Assembly (NCBI GenBank): GCA_027317865.1
Contig: DAHVQG010000008.1
Location: 64,001-128,000, forward strand
Length of the DNA stretch: 64,000 nucleotides
Source of the DNA: Bdellovibrionales bacterium
GTDB taxonomy: Bacteria > Bdellovibrionota > Bdellovibrionia > Bdellovibrionales > UBA1609
Direction: 5' to 3'
Shown piece after piece: positions 1-9,791 of the stretch. Below the pieces are notes generated by a model. That model had not been told where the DNA came from. It did no database searches and was given only the letters and a program-made list of their open reading frames with translations. The position numbers and the translations under genes were made by a program. The first letter of the stretch is position 1, and each line of letters opens with the position of its first letter.

Positions 1-1203
1 TTGGCTGCCTGCTCGAATGCCCCCAAGCTTCACACTCTTGAGTTAGATGCCGCCCAAACTTGCAATGGCCAGGCTATCAAAAATCAATTTATTGTGCGTT
101 TTTTAAATGGGAAGTGGGCATATATAAAAGCCAAGAGTCGCGCTCAGTTTATAAAAAAGTATATAAAACCAAATTTATCTAAAATCGATTTCGTCGAGCC
201 CGATGAACATATCGCCGCCTATCAAGAGGCTTTCTCGGCGCCGACCGGTTCGGAAATAAACAATTGGGGGGATGCGGCGATCAATGCTCAAGCCGCTTGG
301 CAGGCTGGCGATCGCGGCCAAGGTATTGTGGTCGCCGTTGTTGATTCGGGGGTTGACATTACTCATCCGCAACTAAAAAACCAAATCGATTACAACCCCG
401 GCGAAATGGGGCTGGATGCTTACGGGCGCGACAAACGATTTAATCAAATTGACGACGACGGCAACGGTTACGTTGACGACTGGGCGGGATATAACTTTTT
501 AGACAATAACGGTGACATGTACGATGATGTTGGCCACGGCACTCACGTTTCTGGAATAATCGCCGCTGAGCACAGCGATACGACAATTCAAACTGGATAT
601 GTCCAAGGCGTTGCGCCAGAAGCAAAAATCTTGCCGGTCAAATTTATTGGCGCAAATGGTGGGACATTAAGCGACGCTCTCAAAAGCATCGATTACGCGG
701 TCGCCCGCGGCGCAAAAATAATTAATGCCAGTTGGGGTGGCCCCGGTTGTTCGCAATCACTTCAGCAAAAGATTGAAGATTTATCTAAAGAAAATATATT
801 GTTTGTCGCGGCAGCCGGTAACAGTGGCGAAAATCTCGATTTGTATCCGGAATATCCCGCCGCTTTTTCGGCGCCATTACAGTTGACCGTGGGCGCGATC
901 GCCAACACCTTTCTACAAGATAGCTATTCTAACTATAGCTCCCACCTTGTCGACTTGTTCGCCCCGGGGACCGCCATTGTGAGTACTGTACCGCCCAATC
1001 TCTTTCCGGGTGGGTATGCTTCGTTTACGGGAACAAGCATGGCTACGCCCTTTGTCTCCGGCGCCGCGGCTGATCTTCTTTCGGCTGGCATTTCTGTGCA
1101 AAAAGTACGGCAATTGATTTTACAGTCAGTGGATCAAAATCCAACCTACACAAATGTCACACAGGGCCGACTCGATCTCGGGAAGGCAATTGCTGAACTG
1201 TGA
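1..1203 (+). CDS. S8 (subtilisin-family) serine peptidase, probable lipoprotein; 5' end truncated by window edge
   Basis: Catalytic motifs VVDSG, HGTHVSG, AAGN, GTSMA; DDDGNGYVDD insert; window begins with L-A-A-C (lipobox). Confidence 0.93.
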   Translation: MAACSNAPKLHTLELDAAQTCNGQAIKNQFIVRFLNGKWAYIKAKSRAQFIKKYIKPNLSKIDFVEPDEHIAAYQEAFSAPTGSEINNWGDAAINAQAAWQAGDRGQGIVVAVVDSGVDITHPQLKNQIDYNPGEMGLDAYGRDKRFNQIDDDGNGYVDDWAGYNFLDNNGDMYDDVGHGTHVSGIIAAEHSDTTIQTGYVQGVAPEAKILPVKFIGANGGTLSDALKSIDYAVARGAKIINASWGGPGCSQSLQQKIEDLSKENILFVAAAGNSGENLDLYPEYPAAFSAPLQLTVGAIANTFLQDSYSNYSSHLVDLFAPGTAIVSTVPPNLFPGGYASFTGTSMATPFVSGAAADLLSAGISVQKVRQLILQSVDQNPTYTNVTQGRLDLGKAIAEL

Positions 1204-1212
1204 TCATCGTTA

Positions 1213-1259
1213 GTTAACGCGCTTTGACAGGTAAAACTCTAGCCCGCGTTAACCTTTTC
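1213..1259 (+). terminator. Inverted repeat after S8 gene; possible terminator overlapping a TTGACA element upstream of asnS
   Basis: GTTAACGCG (1213-1221) / CGCGTTAAC (1245-1253) followed by CTTTT; TTGACA at 1224-1229 in the loop. Confidence 0.4.
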
Positions 1260-1278
1260 AGTTAATTTTTTAAACCTT

Positions 1279-2568
1279 ATGAAATTGTGGATTTCCGACC
1301 TAAAAAATTACGTCGGCCAAACCATTGAATTAAAGGGCTGGGCTTATCATCATCGCTCTTCGGGCAAAATTAAGTTTCTGGTGCTTCGCGATGGCACTGG
1401 CTACTGTCAGTGCGTGTTTGCTAAAGGCGCCTGTGACGATGAAAGCTTTAACGGCTTTGAGCAAATTACTCAAGAGTCTACGGTTTCGGTTTCGGGCGCT
1501 GTCAGGGCCGAACCGCGGAGCCCCGGCGGGTATGAAGTCACGGCCCAATCTTTTAAAATTCTAAGCCGCGCTGAACCCTACCCCATTACGCCAAAGGAGC
1601 ACGGCCCCGATTTTCTCATGAGCCACCGGCACCTTTGGATTCGCTCCAAAATGCAACATGCAATTCTTCGTGTACGCGCCGAAATTATAACCGCCATTCG
1701 CGATTTTTTTAATGGCCGTGGCTTTACTCTTGCCGACTCTCCCATTTTCACTCCGTCGTCATGCGAAGGCACAACAACGCTTTTTCAAACGAATTATTTT
1801 GATGAAAAAGCCTATCTTTCTCAAAGCGGGCAGCTCTACGCCGAGGCCACCTGCGCCGCTCTTGGCAAAGTTTATTGTTTCGGCCCAACTTTTCGAGCCG
1901 AAAAATCAAAAACTAGGCGCCACCTTATTGAATTTTGGATGGTTGAGCCAGAAGTTGCCTTTAATGATCTCAACGACAACATGGAACTTGCGGAGCAATT
2001 CGTAGAATATATTGTCCAGCGGACGATTACCAATCGCGCCGAAGAATTAAAAGCGCTCGAGCGTGACACGTCGATTTTGGCAAAAGTTCGTGCGCCGTTC
2101 CCTCGCGTACATTATGACGAAGCGGCTGCGATGATTAAAAATGAAAATCCACAATTTGAAATCGGCAATGATTTCGGCGCGCCGGACGAGGCTATAGTTT
2201 CTGGCAAGTTTGAAAAGCCGGTATTTGTTCATCACTTCCCGACCGCGGTTAAAGCGTTTTACATGAAACAAGACGAAAAAAATCCGGAGCGGTGTTTGAG
2301 TTGTGATTTGCTAGCCCCTGAAGGATATGGCGAAATTATCGGCGGCGGACAACGCGAAGATAGCCTGGAGCTTCTTCTAAAGCGAATCGATGAACATCAC
2401 CTAAATCGTGCCGATTTTGAATGGTTTTTAGATCTTCGCCGTTACGGCAGTTTTACACATTCAGGTTTTGGTCTTGGTATTGAGCGAACCGTCGCGTGGA
2501 TTTGTGGTATTCAGCACGTCCGAGAAACAATCCCGTTCCCGCGACTTTATGGGAGAAATTATCCGTGA
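1279..2568 (+). CDS. asnS: Asparagine--tRNA ligase
   Basis: OB-fold N-terminus, [47 protein letters not shown]. Confidence 0.96.
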   Translation: MKLWISDLKNYVGQTIELKGWAYHHRSSGKIKFLVLRDGTGYCQCVFAKGACDDESFNGFEQITQESTVSVSGAVRAEPRSPGGYEVTAQSFKILSRAEPYPITPKEHGPDFLMSHRHLWIRSKMQHAILRVRAEIITAIRDFFNGRGFTLADSPIFTPSSCEGTTTLFQTNYFDEKAYLSQSGQLYAEATCAALGKVYCFGPTFRAEKSKTRRHLIEFWMVEPEVAFNDLNDNMELAEQFVEYIVQRTITNRAEELKALERDTSILAKVRAPFPRVHYDEAAAMIKNENPQFEIGNDFGAPDEAIVSGKFEKPVFVHHFPTAVKAFYMKQDEKNPERCLSCDLLAPEGYGEIIGGGQREDSLELLLKRIDEHHLNRADFEWFLDLRRYGSFTHSGFGLGIERTVAWICGIQHVRETIPFPRLYGRNYP

Positions 2569-2570
2569 GC

Positions 2571-4136
2571 ATGGAGACTGAACATTCGTCACCGGAATTT
2601 AAACTTCGCGAACTTGAACGCCGAAACAACGAAGCCTTTCAGGGTGGTGGAGTCGAGCGCGTTGAAAAACAAAAATCAGGGGGCAGGCTGACCGCACGCG
2701 AGCGCCTGGATGTGCTTCTTGACCCCGGAAGTTTTGTTGAAGTTGATCGGTTCGTTACCCATCGGTCGAAAAATTTTGGCCTTGCCGATAAGGTGATCCC
2801 GGGCGACGGGGTTATAACAGGTTACGGCCGAATCAATGGCAAACTCGTCTATGTTTATAGCCAAGATTTTACTGTTTTTGGCGGCAGCATGTCGCGCACA
2901 CAGGCCAATAAAATTTGTAAAATTATGGATCTTGCCGTTAAAAACGGAGCACCCATTATTGGTCTAAATGACTCGGGCGGCGCTCGCATTCAAGAAGGTG
3001 TTGAGTCGCTCGGCGGCTATGCCGACATTTTTTTAAGAAACGTCACTACGAGCGGGGTCGTCCCGCAAATTAGCGCCATCATGGGCCCATGCGCAGGCGG
3101 CGCAGTCTACTCTCCGAGCCTCACCGATTTTATTTTTATGGTGAAAAACACAAGCTACATGTTTGTAACCGGGCCCGACGTCATAAAAACCGTTACTCAT
3201 GAAGACGTAACCAAAGAAGATTTGGGCGGGGCGCTCACCCACAATACAAAATCGGGTGTCGCGCACTTCGCCACCGACGATGATCGGCATTGTCTTCTTA
3301 TGATCCGCGAACTTCTTAATTTTTTGCCCGGCAATAATCTCGATGACCCGCCAATTTTACCGACGCGCGATAAGCCGGACCGAATCGAAGAATCGTTAAA
3401 CACATTTATTCCCAACAACCCCAAAAAACCGTACGATATGCTTGAGCTTATCGGTAAAATTGTCGACGAGGGTTACTTTCTTGAAGTGCAAAAGCATTTT
3501 GCAAAAAATATCGTCGTTGGTTTCGCACGTTTTAACGGTCGACCGGTTGGTATAATCGCCAATCAGCCTGCCGTGCTTGCCGGGTGCCTCAACATTTCGG
3601 CCTCGATAAAAGGCGCGCGCTTCATTCGATTTTGTGACGCATTTAATATTCCTCTTATCACGCTTGAAGATGTGCCCGGATTTTTGCCGGGAACCGATCA
3701 AGAGTGGAACGGCATCATCACTCACGGCGCAAAACTTCTTTATGCGTATGCTGAAGCGACGGTGCCGAAAATCACAATTGTCACTCGAAAGGCTTATGGC
3801 GGAGCATATTGCGTGATGTCTTCAAAACACATTCGCGGCGATGTGAATTTAGCTTACCCGTCGTCTGAAATTGCCGTCATGGGCGCAGAAGGGGCCGTTA
3901 ACATTATTTTTAGAAACGAGATTAAAAAATCAAAAACCCCCGAGGCCGAACGACAACGATTGATCAAAGAATATGAAGAACAGTTTAACAATCCGTATGT
4001 GGCGGCTGAAATTGGCTATATTGACGAAGTGATCGAGCCTGCATTTACCAGAAAGCGCATTATTGAAGCGCTTGAAATGTTAAAGAACAAGCGCGATTTA
4101 AACCCGCCCAAAAAACACGGCAATATTCCGCTATAA
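2571..4136 (+). CDS. pccB: Acyl-CoA (propionyl-CoA) carboxylase carboxyltransferase beta subunit
   Basis: [30 protein letters not shown]-terminal KKHGNIPL; start moved to ATG 2571 just after asnS stop. Confidence 0.93.
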   Translation: METEHSSPEFKLRELERRNNEAFQGGGVERVEKQKSGGRLTARERLDVLLDPGSFVEVDRFVTHRSKNFGLADKVIPGDGVITGYGRINGKLVYVYSQDFTVFGGSMSRTQANKICKIMDLAVKNGAPIIGLNDSGGARIQEGVESLGGYADIFLRNVTTSGVVPQISAIMGPCAGGAVYSPSLTDFIFMVKNTSYMFVTGPDVIKTVTHEDVTKEDLGGALTHNTKSGVAHFATDDDRHCLLMIRELLNFLPGNNLDDPPILPTRDKPDRIEESLNTFIPNNPKKPYDMLELIGKIVDEGYFLEVQKHFAKNIVVGFARFNGRPVGIIANQPAVLAGCLNISASIKGARFIRFCDAFNIPLITLEDVPGFLPGTDQEWNGIITHGAKLLYAYAEATVPKITIVTRKAYGGAYCVMSSKHIRGDVNLAYPSSEIAVMGAEGAVNIIFRNEIKKSKTPEAERQRLIKEYEEQFNNPYVAAEIGYIDEVIEPAFTRKRIIEALEMLKNKRDLNPPKKHGNIPL

Positions 4137-4163
4137 AACTACGCGGGCAAGAAGGCGATCCCA

Positions 4164-5672
4164 ATGGCAAGGCCAATGTTTAAAAAGATCCTGATCGCAA
4201 ATCGCGGCGAAATCGCGGTTCGAGTCATTCGCGCATGTCGAACGCTTGGCATCCAGTCGATCGCCGTATTTAGCGACGCCGACCGCAATAGTCTTCATGT
4301 CATGCTTGCCGACGAGGCCCACAACATTGGTCCCGCGCCAAGCCGCGAATCATATCTCAATATTGAGCGCATCATTGATGTAGCGAAAAAATCGGGCGCC
4401 GAAGCCGTTCACCCCGGCTATGGTTTTTTAAGTGAAATGCCCGCCTTTGCTGAAGCGCTCGCCCAAGCGGGAATTGTTTTTATCGGCCCAACGCCGAAAA
4501 ACATTCGCGATATGGGAGATAAAATCGCCTCACGCGAGCTTATGAAAAAAGCTGGCGTACCAATAGTGCCCGGCACGCCCGGCGCCATTCAATCCGTCGA
4601 AGAGGCGGAAAAATGGGCGCACGAAATTGGTTACCCAATCATTATCAAGGCCTCGGCTGGCGGTGGCGGCAAAGGAATCCGAGTCGTTTACGACAGAAAA
4701 GAGTTGCCGAGTGCGTTTCGTGCCTGCCAATCGGAGGGCAAAAATTATTTTGCCGACGAGCGCGTTTTTATCGAACGGTATATTCAAAACCCAAAACATA
4801 TAGAATTCCAAGTTTTTGGCGACTCCCATGGCAACGTTTGTCACTTGTTTGAGCGCGAATGTTCCGTACAGCGTCGACACCAAAAACTTATAGAAGAGTC
4901 CCCTTCTATATCGGTTCCACAAAAAGTTCGCGAAGAAATGGGCCGAGTTGCGGTTCGGGCGGCTACAAGTCTTAAATATCTTGGTGCCGGCACAATTGAA
5001 TTTATTTTTGATAATTCGACTAAAGAATTTTTCTTTATGGAAATGAATACCCGCCTTCAGGTCGAACACCCCGTTACGGAATTGGTGACCGGCATCGACC
5101 TAGTTCGGGAGCAAATTCATGTGGCTCTCGGTCACCCTCTTTCATTTAAGCAATCAGACGTTAAACAGTCGGGGCACGCCATAGAACTTCGGATATGCGC
5201 AGAAGACCCGATCACTTTTAAGCCGGCACCAGGTAAAATTCGCCGCTGTCGCAATCCGCAGGGGCCGTTTGTTCGTGTGGATGGCTATGCTTATCCCGGC
5301 TACGAAATCCCAATTTACTATGATCCCATGGTGGCAAAACTCATTGCGTGGGGGCACACTCGCAATGAGGCGATCGCTCGGCTTCAAAGCGCATTGGGCG
5401 AATACATGATTACCGGAGTTAAAAGCAATATCGTGCTGCACAAGAATATATTAGCGCATCCGACGTTTCTAGACGGCTCGTATACAACACAATTTATCGA
5501 TCGCGACATTGCGGGTAAACACCAAAAGCTTTTTATGTTTGTTGATGATAACGTCTTTTTGATCACCGCCGCGCTTGAGGCCTACCAACGCGCAAAAGGC
5601 CGGGACGTTTCACAATACAATATTGCCAGCCGCTGGAAGGCGTTCGGCCGCAAACAGCAAATGCGGTCCTAA
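4164..5672 (+). CDS. accC: Biotin carboxylase subunit of acyl-CoA carboxylase
   Basis: ILIANRGEIAVR, HPGYGFLSE, GGGGKG, ERECSVQRRHQK, EMNTRLQVEHPVTE. Confidence 0.94.
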   Translation: MARPMFKKILIANRGEIAVRVIRACRTLGIQSIAVFSDADRNSLHVMLADEAHNIGPAPSRESYLNIERIIDVAKKSGAEAVHPGYGFLSEMPAFAEALAQAGIVFIGPTPKNIRDMGDKIASRELMKKAGVPIVPGTPGAIQSVEEAEKWAHEIGYPIIIKASAGGGGKGIRVVYDRKELPSAFRACQSEGKNYFADERVFIERYIQNPKHIEFQVFGDSHGNVCHLFERECSVQRRHQKLIEESPSISVPQKVREEMGRVAVRAATSLKYLGAGTIEFIFDNSTKEFFFMEMNTRLQVEHPVTELVTGIDLVREQIHVALGHPLSFKQSDVKQSGHAIELRICAEDPITFKPAPGKIRRCRNPQGPFVRVDGYAYPGYEIPIYYDPMVAKLIAWGHTRNEAIARLQSALGEYMITGVKSNIVLHKNILAHPTFLDGSYTTQFIDRDIAGKHQKLFMFVDDNVFLITAALEAYQRAKGRDVSQYNIASRWKAFGRKQQMRS

Positions 5673-5698
5673 CCATGAAGCATTTGGAGCAATTATAG

Positions 5699-6223
5699 AT
5701 GTACTTTCAAGCCGAAGCTAACGACATTAAATACGAAATAAACGTGCACGAATCGCGCACCGGCTGGCAGGTCTCGCTCAAACCCGACGGCGGAGACTGG
5801 ACTCATTTTGAATTTTCAAAAACTGACTATCAATACATGGACGACACGATCAGCTTTGTATTTCAAAACGCCTCTTATTTGCTCGATGTAACTGCTTCGG
5901 GCGTTGATTACACTGTTTACACCCGGGGCGCGTTTCGTACGGTTAAACTTTACAACGAAGAAAAGATCCTCCACGAGAGCTTAAAAGGGCGCAAATCCCT
6001 TGGTGCAACCGACAGTCTTGTTTCTGAAATGCCTGGTAAAATTGTGAAAATTTTTGTTTCGCCAGGCCAATCAGTCAAAGCGGGCGACCCTATTTTGATT
6101 ATGGAAGCAATGAAAATGGAAAACGAGCTTCGTGCCGCCCACGAAGCCACCATTAAAACTGTGCACGTGAATGAGGGCCAGGCTATTGAGGCCAACACCG
6201 TTCTTGTGTCGTTTTCAAAGTGA
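5699..6223 (+). CDS. Biotin carboxyl carrier protein (BT-like N-terminus plus biotinyl domain)
   Basis: EAMKMENE biotinylation motif, MPGKIV; operon context. Confidence 0.92.
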   Translation: MYFQAEANDIKYEINVHESRTGWQVSLKPDGGDWTHFEFSKTDYQYMDDTISFVFQNASYLLDVTASGVDYTVYTRGAFRTVKLYNEEKILHESLKGRKSLGATDSLVSEMPGKIVKIFVSPGQSVKAGDPILIMEAMKMENELRAAHEATIKTVHVNEGQAIEANTVLVSFSK

Positions 6224-6262
6224 ACAATGACACTTTGCTCGTCATGTGCAAAAACCTAACCC

Positions 6263-7846
6263 ATGAGAAAAGAAAAGTTTTTTAATTCAAGCCACGTTGA
6301 GCTTAATAACATTTACGAAAATGAGTGCACAAAAAGTGCGTGTGAAAGACTTGGGCGCCCGGGTCAATTCCCCTATACGCGCGGAGTGCAAGAAACGATG
6401 TACCGTGGGCAGCTCTGGACTATGCGACAATATGCGGGATTTGGTTCAGCCAAAGAGAGTAATCGCCGCTATCATCATCTATTAAAAAACGGAACAACTG
6501 GATTAAGCGTCGCTTTCGATTTACCAACGCAAATGGGCTACGACTCCGACCATGTCATGTCCAGCGGCGAAGTGGGCAAAGTGGGCGTTGCCATTTCTAC
6601 TATTGAAGACATGGAAATTCTCCTCGACAAGTTGCCCCTTGAAAATATCTCGACATCAATGACGATTAACTCAACTGCGGGAATTTTGCTTGCGCTTTAC
6701 ATTGCGGTCGCCAAACGCCGCGGGATTTCGGCTAAAGACCTTCGCGGCACCATTCAAAACGACCTTCTTAAAGAGTACATCGCGCGCGGCACTTATATTT
6801 ATCCGCCAAAACCAAGTCTTCGCATCATAACCGACATTTTTTCTTACTGCGCTCTTAACGTCCCAAAATGGAATACGATCAGCATTTCCGGCTATCATAT
6901 ACGCGAAGCCGGAGCCACCGCCGTACAAGAACTTGCATTTACTCTGGCAAATGCAATCACATACGTGCAGGCCGCGATCGATCGCGGGCTTAATGTGGAT
7001 GATTTTGGCGGGCGACTGAGTTTCTTTTTTAACGTGCACAATAATTTTTTTGAAGAAGTTGCGAAATTTCGCGCGGCAAGAAGAATGTGGGCAAATATTA
7101 TGCGCAATCGTTTTAATGTAAAAGACGAGCGCGCATTAAAACTTCGCTTTCACACGCAAACAGCTGGAGTGACGCTCACAGCACAACAGCCGGAAAACAA
7201 CATCGTGCGCGTGACACTTCAAGCGCTCGCTGCCGTTTTAGGGGGAACACAGTCGCTCCACACGAACTCGATGGACGAGGCCTTAGGTCTGCCGACTGAG
7301 CGGGCGGCAACAATTGCCGTTCGAACTCAACAAATTATCGCCCACGAATCTGGGGTTGCCGATGTTATTGATCCCCTCGGAGGATCCCCCTACGTTGAAG
7401 CGCTAACCGACGAGCTTGAAAAGCGCGCCTACGATTATATCGAACGCATTGATGCGCTCGGGGGAGTTATTGCCTGCATAGAATCGGGATACATTCAGGG
7501 CGAAATTCAAACCTCTGCCTATCAATATCAAAAAGACGTTGATGCTAAACAAGAAATCATCGTGGGAGTAAACGATTTTATTGGTCAAGAGCCCACGCCG
7601 ATTGAAACGCTTAAAATATCTGAGAGTATCGCCCGTGATCAAATTGGGCGCCTAAAGGCATTTAAGGCGCGTCGTGATTCGCGCGCGGTGAGCATGCATT
7701 TGGAAAAAATTCGCACCGCCGCCACATCTGACGAAAATTTGATTCCTCGCTTTGTTGATGCGGTCGAAGCCAATGTCACACTTGGCGAGATTAGCGATGA
7801 GCTTCGAAAAATTTTCGGCGCCTATCGTGAGAATGTAAAATTATAA
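6263..7846 (+). CDS. Methylmalonyl-CoA mutase, substrate-binding (large) subunit without B12-binding domain
   Basis: [30 protein letters not shown]; no DxHxxG cobalamin motif. Confidence 0.92.
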   Translation: MRKEKFFNSSHVELNNIYENECTKSACERLGRPGQFPYTRGVQETMYRGQLWTMRQYAGFGSAKESNRRYHHLLKNGTTGLSVAFDLPTQMGYDSDHVMSSGEVGKVGVAISTIEDMEILLDKLPLENISTSMTINSTAGILLALYIAVAKRRGISAKDLRGTIQNDLLKEYIARGTYIYPPKPSLRIITDIFSYCALNVPKWNTISISGYHIREAGATAVQELAFTLANAITYVQAAIDRGLNVDDFGGRLSFFFNVHNNFFEEVAKFRAARRMWANIMRNRFNVKDERALKLRFHTQTAGVTLTAQQPENNIVRVTLQALAAVLGGTQSLHTNSMDEALGLPTERAATIAVRTQQIIAHESGVADVIDPLGGSPYVEALTDELEKRAYDYIERIDALGGVIACIESGYIQGEIQTSAYQYQKDVDAKQEIIVGVNDFIGQEPTPIETLKISESIARDQIGRLKAFKARRDSRAVSMHLEKIRTAATSDENLIPRFVDAVEANVTLGEISDELRKIFGAYRENVKL

Positions 7847-7862
7847 AATGTCTTTATCCGCT

Positions 7863-8591
7863 TTAGGTGTTCGCGCGTTTTTTTGCCACGCGATCAACAG
7901 CAATAATTGAAATTCCATATAGTAGAAGAAGCGGCAAAAGGAGCGCCATCATACTTACTGCATCGGGCGGCGCAAATGTCGCCGCCACTATCGCCAATAT
8001 GAATACGGCCGTTCGCCATCTGTCTTTTAGAATTTTGCCATCGATAATCCCAAGCATCGCGAGAACAACTAAAATAAGGGGCATTTCAAAAGCCATGCCA
8101 AACATCACTGTTGTTAAGATAAAAAATGAGAGATATTCGCGAATTGTAATCATTGGCTTATCAACACCACTGCCAAAGGTGAGTAGGTATTTAAAAGCAA
8201 ACGGATAAATAACTTTATATACAAACACCACACCAGATATGAATAAAAGCGATCCAAAAAATATGAACTTTAACGCCATTTTTTTTTCGTGTTTGTATAG
8301 GCCGGGAGCGATAAACCACCAAACTTGATAGAGCCAAAAGGGGCAGGTAATAATAGCGCCGCTTAAAAAACTGACTTTCAAATAGGCGAGAAATTTCTCT
8401 GTCGGATGAGTAAAGACAAGGCCGCCTTGCGGAAGATATGGCAAAATCGGTTGGCGTATAACCGCAAAAATTTGATCACCAAAATACAGCGAGATTAAAA
8501 AGCCTATAAGGATGATCCAAAGTGAGCGCATAATACAACGCCTTAAGTCTTCGAAATGTTCAATGAACGATTGGGCTTTAGGATTTTCCAT
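7863..8591 (-). CDS. tatC: Twin-arginine translocase subunit TatC
   Basis: HFEDLRR, YQVWWFIAPGLYKHEK, FEMP, PPD motifs; multiple TM segments. Confidence 0.95.
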   Translation of the reverse strand: MENPKAQSFIEHFEDLRRCIMRSLWIILIGFLISLYFGDQIFAVIRQPILPYLPQGGLVFTHPTEKFLAYLKVSFLSGAIITCPFWLYQVWWFIAPGLYKHEKKMALKFIFFGSLLFISGVVFVYKVIYPFAFKYLLTFGSGVDKPMITIREYLSFFILTTVMFGMAFEMPLILVVLAMLGIIDGKILKDRWRTAVFILAIVAATFAPPDAVSMMALLLPLLLLYGISIIAVDRVAKKRANT

Positions 8592-9039
8592 CGGTCGGTT
8601 TTTCTGGAGCTGGGGTTTCTATTGCTTCGGCTGAGCGCGAAACTGTGTTTTCGGGTGATTCCATGGGCGGAGTGCTAAGCGTTCGAGGATCTGGCGCCTC
8701 CTCTATTGTTGGTTCGATAATTGATTCGGTTGGGTTGACCTTGTCGGCAACAATTGTTTGGGCTGGCGCGCTTTGCCGCTTAGCAATTTCTTGATTGAGT
8801 TGATCGCGAAGCCTCACAAGCTCCGAAAGATCTTTGGTCATTAGCTCTCGTGTTTCATTTATAAAAGACGTGGCGGAACTACGAACATCGTTTAACGGCC
8901 CTAAAATTTCGTCTTTAACTTTTCTTATCTCGTTAACGTATTTTGCCACCTTGCGCGCGACAACCGGCAACTCTTCGGGGCCCAAAACCACAAGGCCAAT
9001 GACGGCCAATATCAAAAGTTCAGTGAAACTCACGGACAA
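8578..9039 (-). CDS. tatB: Twin-arginine translocase subunit TatB
   Basis: ELLILAVIGLVVLGPEELP N-terminus, amphipathic helix, overlaps tatC. Confidence 0.88.
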   Translation of the reverse strand: MSVSFTELLILAVIGLVVLGPEELPVVARKVAKYVNEIRKVKDEILGPLNDVRSSATSFINETRELMTKDLSELVRLRDQLNQEIAKRQSAPAQTIVADKVNPTESIIEPTIEEAPDPRTLSTPPMESPENTVSRSAEAIETPAPEKPTDGKS

Positions 9040-9072
9040 ATACTCCTCGCATTGAACCGTGCAATCTCAAAC

Positions 9073-9669
9073 TTACTGATTAGTGGCCTTTTTCGCCTGG
9101 TCGGAATTTAACAGCCCGTTTTCTAAAAGTTGCTCTTTGGCAAGCTCCGAGCCCGTTTTTACGTACCGCTCGTAGAGGCGAAGAAGGTCTTGGTTGGATT
9201 GCACAAAAGAGTTTTGGCTGATGTACGTCAGAAGATCAACAAATTCTAGGAATCGTGATGCAAATTCTCGATAGACGGGGGTTTGGATATCCGAGTCAAA
9301 CTCGCTTGCCAGCTGATGATAAGCAATCCCGCCCATATCCGCGTAGTAGTCGAGATCGATAATTTTACGCTTGAATGAATCGCCGAAAAAGCCACTCACG
9401 TAGAGGCTTGTGTCGCCGAGCCGCTTTAGCATCTCGCGACGAACCAATTTTTCAGACTGATTAGCGCGTAAGAGCTGCTCGGCCAGCGTCGAATTCAACA
9501 TGACGCTTCTATTGCTTACATAGGAGTCAAGAAGCTCTACGAGATACTGTTGCGCATAAGGGGTCGTTTCGATTCGACATTTTTCGAGCGCTTCAACGAC
9601 CATTTCGTTAAAGTAGGTGCGCGCGTCCAGTAGTAAATTCAATTTTGCGTCTTTGTCATTTTGCCCCAT
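9073..9669 (-). CDS. Conserved hypothetical all-helical protein
   Basis: 198-aa ORF co-oriented with tatBC; LGDxxLYxSGFFxDS...DYYxxMGxxAY pattern; no function recognised. Confidence 0.8.
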   Translation of the reverse strand: MGQNDKDAKLNLLLDARTYFNEMVVEALEKCRIETTPYAQQYLVELLDSYVSNRSVMLNSTLAEQLLRANQSEKLVRREMLKRLGDTSLYVSGFFGDSFKRKIIDLDYYADMGGIAYHQLASEFDSDIQTPVYREFASRFLEFVDLLTYISQNSFVQSNQDLLRLYERYVKTGSELAKEQLLENGLLNSDQAKKATNQ

Positions 9670-9791
9670 AACACGGCCCCAAGCCCCCTAAAGTAGAGGG
9701 CTCCAGCACTTATTGTACAACTTTATTCAAAAAATTTCAGTTTCTACGCCTAAATGGCCCATTCTGGCTCGACATTAGGCGGGATTTTGTC

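Noticed and set aside
2255..2270. parS-like CGTTTTACATGAAACA in asnS
   Set aside because: Three mismatches including the central CG; lies in the conserved AFYMK coding motif
4530..5069. Antisense or alternate-frame ORFs of 100-180 aa (also 14739-15254, 34802-35308, 38962-39495, 60020-60478)
   Set aside because: Shadows of conserved genes with no recognisable motifs
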